From the IMG/VR virus record IMGVR_UViG_3300032173_000009, positions 1 to 52,270 of that record: 52,270 nt of DNA; one strand, written 5' to 3'. The notes beneath the pieces were generated by a model. It searched no databases. It was given only the letters and a program-made list of their open reading frames with translations, and was not told the origin of the DNA. Positions within the stretch are counted from its first letter, which is position 1. Every line of letters begins with the position of its first letter. The translations under genes and the position numbers were made by a program. This DNA comes from a virus. Taxonomy: Duplodnaviria > Caudoviricetes. Positions 8,305-17,712 of this stretch are shown in pieces.

Positions 8305-9085
8305 CATAGCAGCCCGAATTAGGAAGCCGAGTACCAAGGTCGTCCGGCTGGCCTCCTGCATCTATGGTCGAGGCGGTGTCGGTAAGACGACTCTCTTAGC
8401 CACCATGCCTGGGAAGGGCTTAGTCATCGACGTGCCAGTTATCGAAGGTGGCACGATGGTTCTGTCGGACCATGCCGACCGGATCGACGTCCTCCCAGTC
8501 ACGCGGTGGGAGGAGCTGGACGAGGTCTGGCACTACCTTATGGAGGACAAGCATGAGTACAAGTGGGTCGGTCTGGACACGATCTCCGCCATCCAGGAGC
8601 TAGCCAAGAGGAAGGCTGTCAAGGAGCGAGACCTAGCTGCCGACCCGCATAGCTTGTCCATGCAGGACTGGGGCAAGATTGGTATGCTTGGCGCTGAGCT
8701 CTACTACCGCTTCAAGCAGCTCCCTCTCCACGTTATCTACCTAGCCCAGGAGCAACTCAGGGGCGGTGGTGAGGACGGGACGCTTGAGTATCAGCCTGGG
8801 GTCTCCCCTGCCTCCCTCTCCGCTCTGCTACCAGCCATGTTCCTCGTGGGCAGGCTCTTCACTAGGGAGGTCGAGGACCCAGAGACGAAAGCCATGGTTG
8901 TTGAGCGCTGGCTACGGGTCGGGCCGCATGCTAGTACGGTCACCAAGGTGCGAGCGCTGCCTAGCAGGCCACTACCTCCCATCATCAAAAACCCGAACCT
9001 AGGTGGGATCTTCGCCTGGCTCCTGGGTGTGGACGTTCCGGCACCAGATGCCGCACAAGAAGAGGCTTTAGTAGCAATAGGCTAA
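8276..9085 (+). CDS. AAA_24 / Sak4-like recombination ATPase
   Basis: YGRGGVGKTT Walker A, VGLDTIS Walker B, QDWG; lies between exonuclease and SSB. Confidence 0.85.
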   Translation: MTTATRVAPSIAARIRKPSTKVVRLASCIYGRGGVGKTTLLATMPGKGLVIDVPVIEGGTMVLSDHADRIDVLPVTRWEELDEVWHYLMEDKHEYKWVGLDTISAIQELAKRKAVKERDLAADPHSLSMQDWGKIGMLGAELYYRFKQLPLHVIYLAQEQLRGGGEDGTLEYQPGVSPASLSALLPAMFLVGRLFTREVEDPETKAMVVERWLRVGPHASTVTKVRALPSRPLPPIIKNPNLGGIFAWLLGVDVPAPDAAQEEALVAIG

Positions 9086-9097
9086 GGAGGACAAGGA

Positions 9098-9682
9098 ATG
9101 CCCAACTACATCGTCCTGGACTTCGCTCAGGCCCCGCCGGCACAAGGCGGATTAGCATCAGACCACATACCGCCAGCTACCTATGCCCTTGTCGTTGACA
9201 AGGCTGAGGCGCAGACTGCTAGGACTGGCCGGCAGATGGTCGTCGTTACGCTGAAGGTAGCTGAAGGCGAGTACGCCGGTAAGCGCCTCGTTGAGCGGTT
9301 TGTCGTGCCCGGGCAGCCAGAGGATAGCCACTTCGGCTTGCAGCGCTTCCATGCGTTCCTCGTTGGCGTTGGCTTCTCAGAGCAGAAAGGAAAGGCCAAG
9401 GTCAACCTGGACGGGCTCCGTGGGAAGAAACTGCTAGCTGACGTTGACGACGAGGAGGTTCCAGCCACGGGCAGCTACCCAGCTAGGGTGGCTAGCCGAC
9501 CGTTCTCATTCTACCCACTGCAACCTAAGGCTGAGCAACCCACTCCCGCGCAGGCCCCAACTCCCATTCGTAAGGTTGAGCAGCCACCACTACCTGAGCC
9601 TGACGTTGAGGCAATGGAGCCAGTTGAGGCTCTAGAGGAGCAAGCCACGGCAGCCCTCGACGAGCTCATGGAGGAGCTCTAG
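9098..9682 (+). CDS. DUF669-like single-stranded DNA-binding protein
   Basis: IPPATY...GRQMVVVTLKVAEGEYAGKRL pattern, acidic C-terminal tail, module position. Confidence 0.75.
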   Translation: MPNYIVLDFAQAPPAQGGLASDHIPPATYALVVDKAEAQTARTGRQMVVVTLKVAEGEYAGKRLVERFVVPGQPEDSHFGLQRFHAFLVGVGFSEQKGKAKVNLDGLRGKKLLADVDDEEVPATGSYPARVASRPFSFYPLQPKAEQPTPAQAPTPIRKVEQPPLPEPDVEAMEPVEALEEQATAALDELMEEL

Positions 9683-10036
9683 ATGCTAGAGTCTGCTCTC
9701 GTCGCGCAGATGCAGCAAGAGCTGCGGATATATGGTGCGTACGTCCAGAAGAACCACGGCTCTCCATTCCAGCGTGTTGGTCGTCCAGACCTAGAGGGCT
9801 GCCTTTGGGGCATGTTCTTTGCCATCGAGGTCAAGCTACCAGGTAAGAAGCCCACGGCAGCGCAAAAGCGCATGCTGGAGGAGGTCTACCAAGCGGGAGG
9901 ATACTCGGGAGTGCTAAGGAGCATCGAGGAGCTCAAGGCCTTCCTCAGACTCTTCCCGACTAGGAGCTGCCGGCGCTGTCTTAAGAGAGTGGCCAAGCCA
10001 CTGGCGGCCCTCTGTGAAGAGTGTGAGCCAAAGTAG
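9683..10036 (+). CDS. VRR-NUC / Holliday junction resolvase-like nuclease with C-terminal Zn finger
   Basis: MLES, GRPDL...AIEVKLPGKKPTAAQ; CxxC...CxxC tail. Confidence 0.85.
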   Translation: MLESALVAQMQQELRIYGAYVQKNHGSPFQRVGRPDLEGCLWGMFFAIEVKLPGKKPTAAQKRMLEEVYQAGGYSGVLRSIEELKAFLRLFPTRSCRRCLKRVAKPLAALCEECEPK

Positions 10037-10049
10037 CCGGTTCGTGTCT

Positions 10050-10120
10050 GCGCTCGCGCCGGGCGCGGGCTGGAGGTTCTCACCTCCTTCTTCCCTCCAG
10101 CCCGTCGCCGGAATGAGCGC
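10050..10120 (+). promoter_or_regulatory. long hairpin with an anti-Shine-Dalgarno sequence in its loop
   Basis: GCGGGCTGGAGG/CCTCCAGCCCGT stem and outer GCGCTC/GAGCGC; loop TCACCTCCTTCT (10080-10091) is complementary to 10199-10210. Confidence 0.55.
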
Positions 10121-10126
10121 CGGCCT

Positions 10127-10199
10127 GCGGGGAGTCGTCTAAGGGAGGACAGGCAGCACGGGCTGCAAGACGTAGGTCAGAACCCTACCACCCGCGCCA
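10127..10199 (+). tRNA. tRNA-like element / pseudo-tRNA with aberrant anticodon loop
   Basis: GCGGG/CCCGC acceptor stem plus G-CCA end; D arm GTCT-AAGGGA-GGAC; GCAGC-ACGG-GCTGC arm; T arm GTAGG-TCAGAAC-CCTAC. Confidence 0.6.
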
Positions 10200-10214
10200 G
10201 AAGGAGGTGAAGAC

Positions 10215-10466
10215 GTGGAAGGCGAGGACGAGGAGATCCAGATCAAGCCCGAGCGCAGAGAGCGGGCTGAGCACGTCTGCTCAGCCTATATAGCGAAGCT
10301 CACCGAGGACGAGTACTTCCAAGTCGTTAATAACCTCGGCTGGGTAGACCAAGTCCAGTACTCAGAGGAGGGTAGGCTACAAATAGGACTTACTGACCTT
10401 CAGACGGTTGCACTAGCTGCTGCCCTCCTCGCTTATGAGGAGGCGAAGCTTGCGGGTGTGGCATGA
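10215..10466 (+). CDS. hypothetical protein
   Basis: Perfect SD AAGGAGGTGA; ATGA overlap with the primase gene. Confidence 0.7.
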   Translation: MEGEDEEIQIKPERRERAEHVCSAYIAKLTEDEYFQVVNNLGWVDQVQYSEEGRLQIGLTDLQTVALAAALLAYEEAKLAGVA

Positions 10467-13240
10467 CTGTCGAAGCCGCCCTCACTTACGCTGCGGCAGG
10501 CTGGCCCGTCCTAGCTCTCTACACGGTAGAGAATGGCTGCTGCACCTGCGGCAAGCCGGACTGTAAGAGCCCTGGTAAGCACCCACGACCTGACCTCTGT
10601 CCTCACGGCGTCAAGGACGCCACCACTGACGCTCATAGGATTTCTAGCTGGCCTCAGGGAATAAATATTGGTGTGGCCTTAGGAGCTGCTGCTGGCAGTG
10701 CTCTCGCCTTCGACGTTGACGACCGCGAGATTGCTGCCCGACTCGTACACCCTAACTTGGGCCTCTCTGACCACACCGGCGTTGTCTTCACTGGCAGAGC
10801 TGGTGCTCACATTTGGTTCAGGACGACGGGAGGGACAAAGACCTTCCACGTCAAGGACGTGAACGGTCACCGCATAGGTGAAGTCAGGGGCGACGATACT
10901 TATGTGGTCGTACCGCCGTCCACGTCGATTACGGGGCGGCTCTACAAGTGGTTGGGGCGCAGGCGTGAGGACCCGCCGCCACAGCTAGGAATGGTCTCAG
11001 ACCCAGTTGAGTACGTCCGCTCCCTCCTCGGAGCAGTTGACGTGGTAATGGGAGACGTCGCTCCAGCGTCAGAAGTGCAAGGAGAGCCCAGCGAGAAGAT
11101 TAAGGCCTGCAGCATTCCAACGGAGATAGCCGCAGACGCTGCTCTCACTCAGTACCGACAAGTGCTGGCTTCTGGTCTGAAAGTCGTAGAACCTGACCGG
11201 TCTAAGCGCTTAATGGCTTTGGCCCACGACTTAGTTGAGGCTGCTGAGCGTAAGCAGTATGACCTGTCGCCTGAGACCCTAGCTGGAGTCCTGCGGGACT
11301 TCGACGAGAAGGCCTTTGCCATTCCTAAGTACGCTGGCCGCGAGGACTCAGACCGGCGGTACTGGGAGCTAGCTCAGAAGGTCCTTGCTGACGTGCAGGC
11401 AGCCCAACCCGTCCAGCTACACCCTGACTATACGTGGGACGAGGCAGACGGTGCTTTATACTACCACCCGACGCCCAAGGTAGTCAGGAAGGTCTGCAAC
11501 TTCCGGCCACAAATCCTGGAAGACTTACTCATCGACGACGGAGGGCAGCGTGAGCATAAGAGGAGGTGTTGGCCAGTACGCTGCACCTTGAAGGGTGGGA
11601 CCTCCGAGACTATCGTCCTAGACAGCGACGACGTGGGCTCCACCACTGCTTTCCAAGCAGCTATCAACCGAGAGCTCCCTGTCAGGTACCACGTCTGCCC
11701 AGGTATGTACGAGACGCTGAGAACAGCCATGCGCGCCCTCTCAGGAGATGCTCCCCAAGGGCGCATCTTCGAGACAACTGGCTGGGTTGAGTATGGTGGT
11801 GAGTGGTTATACCTGCTGCCCTCGGCGGCGGGTGCTATTGGCAGTCATGGGCTGGACACGAGCGTCAGAATTGAGAAGGAGCGGCTCCCTCGTGAGTCGC
11901 CCGTCACCTTCGAGGCGCTAGAGCCCTACGGTCGAGGAGTACGACCTGCCACTAATGCAGCGGAGCTAGAGAGGGCCTGGTTGGCGTTCCAAAAGCTGCT
12001 GGAAGTGGGACCGGCAGCGTCCCTCGTCCCTATCGTCCTACAAGTCCTGGCTGGGCCGCTAACGACGGCTGGAGTTGGTGCCGTCCCTCCACTGATTCAC
12101 GTCATGGGCAGGACGGGCACACTAAAGACTGCCTACTGCCTTGCCGCCCTCAGCTTATTTGGGACCTTCACTGACCAGAGCCCCGTGCCAGCCAACTGGG
12201 GCTCAACACCCACGTCCCTGCGAATAATGATGTACGTCACTAAGGACTTGACGCTGCTCGTAGACGACTACAAGCGCTCCACGGTTGGCAGGAAGAGTGA
12301 GATGCTCTCCCTGATCCAGAGCTATGCTGAGAAGTCCTTCCGCGGCCGTGGCTCTCCCTCTCAGAAGCTCCAGGTGGCGCAGCCCTCACGAGGACTCTTG
12401 CTAAGTAACGGAGAGGACCGCTGGGAGAGAGAAGCTAGTGCTGAGGCCAGGACGATAACGGTAACCTTCCGCAAGGGTGACCTAGACCTCCACAAGCTGT
12501 CCCAGGTGCAGGCTGCCATTGCTGACGGCACGCTCCAGGTCTTCGGAGGCACCTACCTTAGCTGGCTAGCGCGCCAGCAGGCCCTCCTTGACGGCCTCAC
12601 CTTCGCTGAGCACAAGGCCCGCATTTACCGCATTCTGCTCAAGGCGAAGGAGAAGGAGGTCGTGCACCTGCGGGTGCTGGCCTCGCTGGCCTCGCTGTTC
12701 TCCGTGTCGAGCATAGTAGGCACGTTCCTAGAGGAGATGGTGAGCAAGGAGGCTCACTTGTGGTTCAAGGGGAAGGTGAAGCAGGGACTGGACGCACAGC
12801 TAGCAGGAGTGACTGAGAAGGCCCTAGAAGTGGAGGAGTCCGCTGCCTTCCGCCTACTCATTACCGCCCTGGCCGAGCAGCTTTCGGCCAGAGAAGTCTG
12901 CCTCTACCCAGCGAAAGGCATTTCCGAGGAGGCCAGGACTATTCCACAGAAGCCAGGAGCGAAGGTCGTCGCCTACTACTGGCTAAAGGACGGCCAGCCT
13001 GACTGGGTCCTTCTCACCCACGACACGACCTTCGCCTGGTACGAGGGCGAGCTGCGCTCCAGAGGGCAGGAAGCGTCCTTCTCCTGGTCACAGTTCCTCA
13101 AGGACGCAGAGGACCGAGGCTGTCCACGGGTGGCAAAAGTGCGGGTGAAGGCGGAAGGAGAGCGGGTCACTCAGCTCTCGGGTGTGAGTATACCAGCAGC
13201 TCTGCTTATTGCTGACGGGGGGTGTGAGACAAGTGTGTGA
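10463..13240 (+). CDS. bifunctional primase-polymerase fused to a DUF927-like/P-loop helicase region
   Basis: ALTYAAAGWPVLAL, CTCGKPDC..PGKHP, NIGV, FDVD, TGRAGAHIWF, YVVVPPS; C-terminal GRTGTLKT and LLVDD. Confidence 0.88.
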   Translation: MTVEAALTYAAAGWPVLALYTVENGCCTCGKPDCKSPGKHPRPDLCPHGVKDATTDAHRISSWPQGINIGVALGAAAGSALAFDVDDREIAARLVHPNLGLSDHTGVVFTGRAGAHIWFRTTGGTKTFHVKDVNGHRIGEVRGDDTYVVVPPSTSITGRLYKWLGRRREDPPPQLGMVSDPVEYVRSLLGAVDVVMGDVAPASEVQGEPSEKIKACSIPTEIAADAALTQYRQVLASGLKVVEPDRSKRLMALAHDLVEAAERKQYDLSPETLAGVLRDFDEKAFAIPKYAGREDSDRRYWELAQKVLADVQAAQPVQLHPDYTWDEADGALYYHPTPKVVRKVCNFRPQILEDLLIDDGGQREHKRRCWPVRCTLKGGTSETIVLDSDDVGSTTAFQAAINRELPVRYHVCPGMYETLRTAMRALSGDAPQGRIFETTGWVEYGGEWLYLLPSAAGAIGSHGLDTSVRIEKERLPRESPVTFEALEPYGRGVRPATNAAELERAWLAFQKLLEVGPAASLVPIVLQVLAGPLTTAGVGAVPPLIHVMGRTGTLKTAYCLAALSLFGTFTDQSPVPANWGSTPTSLRIMMYVTKDLTLLVDDYKRSTVGRKSEMLSLIQSYAEKSFRGRGSPSQKLQVAQPSRGLLLSNGEDRWEREASAEARTITVTFRKGDLDLHKLSQVQAAIADGTLQVFGGTYLSWLARQQALLDGLTFAEHKARIYRILLKAKEKEVVHLRVLASLASLFSVSSIVGTFLEEMVSKEAHLWFKGKVKQGLDAQLAGVTEKALEVEESAAFRLLITALAEQLSAREVCLYPAKGISEEARTIPQKPGAKVVAYYWLKDGQPDWVLLTHDTTFAWYEGELRSRGQEASFSWSQFLKDAEDRGCPRVAKVRVKAEGERVTQLSGVSIPAALLIADGGCETSV

Positions 13241-13450
13241 GCATGTGAGTGTCACATTTGTGTTTCACAACATGGCGGACCGCCTCTCTTTGTGAATGAT
13301 GTGAATGTAACTTGTATTTGATGTGAGATGTGAGTGTCTGTGTTAGGTACTAATGTAAGAGAAGAGAGAGGGGGAAATTGTATAAGCAAATTAGAAAACC
13401 CATTATATATGCCTATGTAACACAAGGGTCTCACACTCACAATCTCACAG
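13220..13450. other. putative replication origin
   Basis: AT-rich intergenic segment after the primase with many TGTGA direct repeats and TCACA inverted copies. Confidence 0.6.
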
Positions 13451-13468
13451 GCTAGGAAAGGAAACATT

Positions 13469-14518
13469 ATGACAAGTAGTGACCTCGTTCCGCTAGAGGG
13501 TATAGTTGTCGAAGTCCGAAGCCCGGAAGAGTGGGCAGGCATCATCCGCGCCGACCTCAGCCAGGCTGTCCTGGGCTTCATCATGGCAGGCCAGCACCTA
13601 CGGGATGCCCGACAGCAGATAGAGTATGGAAAGTGGGAGATCTGGCTGCGCGAGGATGTGGGCATTAGCCGGTCAACAGCATACAGCCTGATGGCTATCT
13701 CAGAGCATCCTATGTTGGCAGATGTTCAATGCATTGAACATCTGCCTCCCTCCTGGGGCACCCTCTACGAGCTTTCCCGCCTTGAGCCGCCGCTACTGGA
13801 GGCAGCCATCGATGCTGGCGACGTGCACCCTGATCTTGAGCGTGAGCAAGCAAGAAAAGTGGTCGCTGAGTATAAGATGCGGGCTGCTGGCGTACACTTT
13901 GACCTGCGGCACGGCGACTTTCAAACCGTCTTAGAGGACTTAGAGCCAGGCACGGTAGATGTCATAATCACAGACCCTCCCTACTCGGAGGAGTATCTTC
14001 CTCTCTATGAGGCGCTGTCTGCTAAAGCAGCGATCTGGCTGAAGCCTGGTGGCCTGTGCGCTGTAATGAGTGGGCAGACGTACCTTCCACAGGTCTTCCA
14101 AGCGCTCGTAAGCCACCTTGACTACCACTGGACGATGGCCTACCTGACACCCGGTGGTCAGGCTGTACAGGTATTCCCACGTAAGGTTATCACATTCTGG
14201 AAGCCTATCATCCTCTGTCGGAATGGAGAGGGAGCAAGTCCAGAGTGGTTTGGTGATGTGCCTAAGAGCGATGTGAACGACAACGACAAGCGCTTCCACG
14301 AGTGGGGGCAGAGCGAGTCCGGTATGGCAGATGTCGTAAGTAGGCTAACCCAGGTTGGTGAGCTCGTCCTCGATCCCTTTATGGGAGCGGGCACTACAGG
14401 AGTCGCAGCCCTGGCTCGGGGGCGGTCCTTTATTGGCTGCGACTTAGATGCTGAGAATGTAGAAACGGCGCGAACACGTTTGGAGGCGATTGCTATTGAG
14501 AGGCTCCGACTACCGTAG
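13469..14518 (+). CDS. N4C/N6A DNA methyltransferase (beta order) with N-terminal DUF3102-like domain
   Basis: ITDPPY precedes LDPFMGAGTT; N-terminal G--L..YGKWEIWL...ISRSTAYSLM. Confidence 0.88.
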   Translation: MTSSDLVPLEGIVVEVRSPEEWAGIIRADLSQAVLGFIMAGQHLRDARQQIEYGKWEIWLREDVGISRSTAYSLMAISEHPMLADVQCIEHLPPSWGTLYELSRLEPPLLEAAIDAGDVHPDLEREQARKVVAEYKMRAAGVHFDLRHGDFQTVLEDLEPGTVDVIITDPPYSEEYLPLYEALSAKAAIWLKPGGLCAVMSGQTYLPQVFQALVSHLDYHWTMAYLTPGGQAVQVFPRKVITFWKPIILCRNGEGASPEWFGDVPKSDVNDNDKRFHEWGQSESGMADVVSRLTQVGELVLDPFMGAGTTGVAALARGRSFIGCDLDAENVETARTRLEAIAIERLRLP

Positions 14519-14981
14519 ACCTGATGGCGTTTTAGGTGAGCGCTCTGGCTGGCGGGACAGGCGGCCTAGTGAGTGGCATAGGGCCTGGGGGTTTGACTGT
14601 CCTTATACGGACATAGACGGCCTCGAGTACGACGAGGGCATTCCTGTCTGCCTTATCGACTTTAAGTATTGGCAGGGCTTCCTGCCTCCACTTGATGATG
14701 CCAATCGTAGTGCCCTTACTGCTCTAGCAGACAACTACGCACCTCCTAGTGGTGACAGAGGCCTTCCATTCTTCTATGTTTTCTACTGGGATAACAAGGC
14801 CTTCCGAGTATATCCCGCCAACGATAAGGCTAGGGAGTGGCTTCTTCCTAAGGCGAATGACTTCAGCGAGCAAGAGTATGTTAGGTTCCTGTATAAACTG
14901 CGCGGGCGCGAGATCCCTCGTGATATCTGGAATAGGCTCAACCACGAAAAGCCACCGCCAGCACCCGCTGGTTGGCCATAG
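14490..14981 (+). CDS. hypothetical protein, possible PD-(D/E)XK nuclease fold
   Basis: DIDGLEY...LIDFK resembles a PD...DxK active site; overlaps the MTase end. Confidence 0.55.
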   Translation: MLLRGSDYRRPDGVLGERSGWRDRRPSEWHRAWGFDCPYTDIDGLEYDEGIPVCLIDFKYWQGFLPPLDDANRSALTALADNYAPPSGDRGLPFFYVFYWDNKAFRVYPANDKAREWLLPKANDFSEQEYVRFLYKLRGREIPRDIWNRLNHEKPPPAPAGWP

Positions 14982-15358
14982 TCAAGCAAGGAGGTGCTGC
15001 TACGTACAGAGTAGGAAAAGTCTTCAGCTTCGAGGCAGGGCACCAGCTCGTGGGGCACGACGGCAAGTGTGCTAGGGAGCATGGGCACAGCTACAAGGTC
15101 GAGGTCGTCCTGGAGCGGAACAGCCTCATTATGCAAGGCCCGAAGACGGGCATGGTGCTCGACTTCGGCGACCTCTCAGTCATCGTCAAGTCACTCATCG
15201 ACGAGCAGCTTGACCACCACAAGCTGAAGTGTACGGCTGAGCAGCTAGCCAGCTACATCTTCGACCGCGTGCAGGCTGAGCTACACCAGTCCCGCGCCGT
15301 CGTGGGCCGGGTGAGAGTCTGGGAGACGGCCGACTCCTGGGCAGAGTACGAGCTATGA
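14972..15358 (+). CDS. queD: 6-carboxy-5,6,7,8-tetrahydropterin synthase
   Basis: FEAGH, KCAREHGHSY, GMVLDFGDL, LDH, TAEQLA, VRVWET. Confidence 0.93.
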   Translation: MAIVKQGGAATYRVGKVFSFEAGHQLVGHDGKCAREHGHSYKVEVVLERNSLIMQGPKTGMVLDFGDLSVIVKSLIDEQLDHHKLKCTAEQLASYIFDRVQAELHQSRAVVGRVRVWETADSWAEYEL

Positions 15359-15543
15359 GGAGGAGAAAAGTGAGCCCGCTACGTCGCTACAAGCCAGTGC
15401 TTTGCGAGGAGTGTGAGCAACCACTATCACACCACCAGCCTAGCAAGGAGTGTCCCACAATCTACGACATCATCAAGCAATTCTGTGGGAAGGAGTATGC
15501 CGACCAAGTCGTTGAGAAAGGGCTGCTAAGGGTGTCATGCTAG
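15355..15543 (+). CDS. small Cys/His-rich hypothetical protein
   Basis: ATGA overlap with queD; CEEC...H...C. Confidence 0.55.
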   Translation: MRRRKVSPLRRYKPVLCEECEQPLSHHQPSKECPTIYDIIKQFCGKEYADQVVEKGLLRVSC

Positions 15544-16298
15544 AAGTGGTGGAATACTACATAGCGCCCCAGGGGGAAGGCCCTAACCTTGGCCGCTCCT
15601 CCCTGTTCCTGCGACTTGCCCTCTGCAACCTGCGTTGCTCCTGGTGCGACTCTAAGTTCACCTGGAGCAAGAATAACCCAGGCTATAACCAGTTTCAGTT
15701 CTACGAGCCGGACGAGCTAGTAGGCGTGCTCGTACAGTACGTCAGGGAGCAGCCCGTTGTCCCTCGTGGTTTAGTCGTGACAGGTGGTGAGCCCTTGCTA
15801 TACCAGCGGGAGCTGCCCTACGTGATTGGCAAGTACTGGAGCACCCTGGACCAGCTCAGTTTGGTTGAGCTTGTGGCAGACGCTGAGGTCGAGACAAACG
15901 GCACAATAGTGCCGTCCCAGGGTATGCTAGAGCTTTGCGACTTCAACGTCTCGCCTAAGCTGGCTACAGCAGGAAACGCCAAAGTGCCTCTGAAGGTACT
16001 CTGGAACGAAGCGGCAACCAAGGCCTTCTTGAAGAACGGTGCGACCTTTAAGCTTGTAGTCCGCCCTGACGATGAAGTAGTCCTAATGGCCTACCTCAAG
16101 TTCCTCCGGGAAGTCGCAAATGAGCTTGAGCTGAAGTGGGCGTCAGTCCTAGACAGCATTTACCTCATGCCTGAGGCCACGACTCAGGACGAGCTCGTGG
16201 CTAGACAGGGCTACGTTATTGAGCTAGCTCAGAAACTGGGCGTCAGAGTGACGACGAGGCTGCAAGTCCTAGCCTTTGGAAAGGAGCGCCGACGGTGA
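15537..16298 (+). CDS. queE: 7-carboxy-7-deazaguanine synthase (radical SAM)
   Basis: [36 protein letters not shown]. Confidence 0.93.
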   Translation: MLEVVEYYIAPQGEGPNLGRSSLFLRLALCNLRCSWCDSKFTWSKNNPGYNQFQFYEPDELVGVLVQYVREQPVVPRGLVVTGGEPLLYQRELPYVIGKYWSTLDQLSLVELVADAEVETNGTIVPSQGMLELCDFNVSPKLATAGNAKVPLKVLWNEAATKAFLKNGATFKLVVRPDDEVVLMAYLKFLREVANELELKWASVLDSIYLMPEATTQDELVARQGYVIELAQKLGVRVTTRLQVLAFGKERRR

Positions 16299-17221
16299 GA
16301 AAGTTAAGCATGGAGGAAGTTCAGCACCTGGCCGTGCTCTGCGCTAGACAGATCGCGGACGAGGTAGCTCCGCACCCGTTGCTAGTTGCTATCCCACGGG
16401 GTGGTATACCTGCGGCAGCACTCATTGCTGCCGCATCGTCTCCCTCGCCAGTTATCGTCTCTTCTACTGAGCCTGTCCGGTTGAGAGCGCCACGGGTCTT
16501 GGTAGACGACATTAGGGTGACGGGCCGTACGGTTGAGCTAGCTCGTGAGAAGTGGGACCCAGACATGGTGGTGACGCTAGTCGCCAAGGGTACAGGTGCA
16601 AGAGACGATGCCTACGCCGCGCTGGAGGTACCAGAGGGAGAATGGGTGCAGTTTCCCTGGGAGGTCGCCGACCAGGACGCTGGCACACCCGAGGACGCAG
16701 TGCGCCGGCTGATAGAGTGGCTAGGTGACGACCCAAACCGCGAAGACCTCCTGGACACTCCTGCCCGGGTGCTGCGCTTCCTGTCGGAGTTCCAGGCTCA
16801 GGCTGGAGCTGCAGTCAACGTTAGGTGCTTCCGCGCTGACGGCATAGACGACCTAATGGTCGTCTCAGACATTCCCCTCTACTCCTTATGCGAGCACCAC
16901 CTCATGCCCTACCTTGGCACCTGCCACGTTGGCTACTTGCCCTCAGGCCAAGTACTAGGCCTTTCCAAGGTTGCTCGCCTCGTCGTGCAGCAAGCGTCGA
17001 GGCTCACCATTCAGGAGCGGCTGACAAGGCAGATAGCAGCGGCAGTGTCTGAGGCCTGCGGCTCACCAAGCGTCGCAGTCGTAGTCAAGGCCGTCCATAC
17101 CTGCATGGTTATGCGTGGGGTCAAGGCAGTGGGCTCAGAGACTGTGACTTCAGCCATGCTCGGCTACTTCCGTGAGCAGGCAAGCCTCCGAGCGGAGTTT
17201 CTACGGCTAGTGGGGGCTTGA
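16295..17221 (+). CDS. folE: phosphoribosyltransferase-GTP cyclohydrolase I fusion
   Basis: N-terminal [25 protein letters not shown] (type I PRTase); C-terminal [33 protein letters not shown] (FolE). Confidence 0.92.
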   Translation: MRKLSMEEVQHLAVLCARQIADEVAPHPLLVAIPRGGIPAAALIAAASSPSPVIVSSTEPVRLRAPRVLVDDIRVTGRTVELAREKWDPDMVVTLVAKGTGARDDAYAALEVPEGEWVQFPWEVADQDAGTPEDAVRRLIEWLGDDPNREDLLDTPARVLRFLSEFQAQAGAAVNVRCFRADGIDDLMVVSDIPLYSLCEHHLMPYLGTCHVGYLPSGQVLGLSKVARLVVQQASRLTIQERLTRQIAAAVSEACGSPSVAVVVKAVHTCMVMRGVKAVGSETVTSAMLGYFREQASLRAEFLRLVGA

Positions 17222-17222
17222 C

Positions 17223-17252
17223 TTGACAATGATTAAACATTCATGTTACCAT
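17223..17252 (+). promoter_or_regulatory. sigma70-type promoter with TGATTAAACA operator
   Basis: TTGACA-18 bp-TACCAT with extended -10 TG; operator at 17230-17239. Confidence 0.72.
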
Positions 17253-17271
17253 AGGCCGAAAGGAGGATCCA

Positions 17272-17712
17272 ATGGCGAAAGCACCAGTGAGGGACTTTGA
17301 GGCGGAGAGGATTTGCTCCCAGTGTCTAGGACCACTGGAGGCGGCCGACGGGCACTACCACGAGAAAATGGATGCAAAGTGGTCGGACGTCGTCTGCTGC
17401 ACGTGTGCAGGCTGTGGCGATACTCCCGTAGCAAAAGAGCCCAAGGCCACCAAGGAGCCAGCTAGGGTTGAGGAGGAGGCCGTCAAGGAGAGCAAGCCCG
17501 CCATTCAGCAGTACACTGGTGGAGTGGACAATGGGGAAGCTCTCGAAGCTATCGTGGCGGCAGCGAAGACCCTGAGGAAGGAGAAGTTCTCGGCAGCGGA
17601 TGTCACAGGGCAGCTTCATGGAAGGCTAGAGTGGCAGGACGTCCTTCGCACTATGAAGGAGTCCAGCAGGTTCGAGAGGATCTCCTCCCGGTCTTGGAGG
17701 TTGGTTGATTGA
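17272..17712 (+). CDS. hypothetical protein, Cys-rich N-terminus and possible winged-helix C-terminus
   Basis: AAGGAGG SD; CxxC, H, CCxCxxC. Confidence 0.7.
   Translation: MAKAPVRDFEAERICSQCLGPLEAADGHYHEKMDAKWSDVVCCTCAGCGDTPVAKEPKATKEPARVEEEAVKESKPAIQQYTGGVDNGEALEAIVAAAKTLRKEKFSAADVTGQLHGRLEWQDVLRTMKESSRFERISSRSWRLVD

Noticed and set aside
10127-10199. Functional tRNA with an assignable anticodon
   Set aside because: No 7-nt anticodon loop, non-canonical T loop and irregular acceptor stem.
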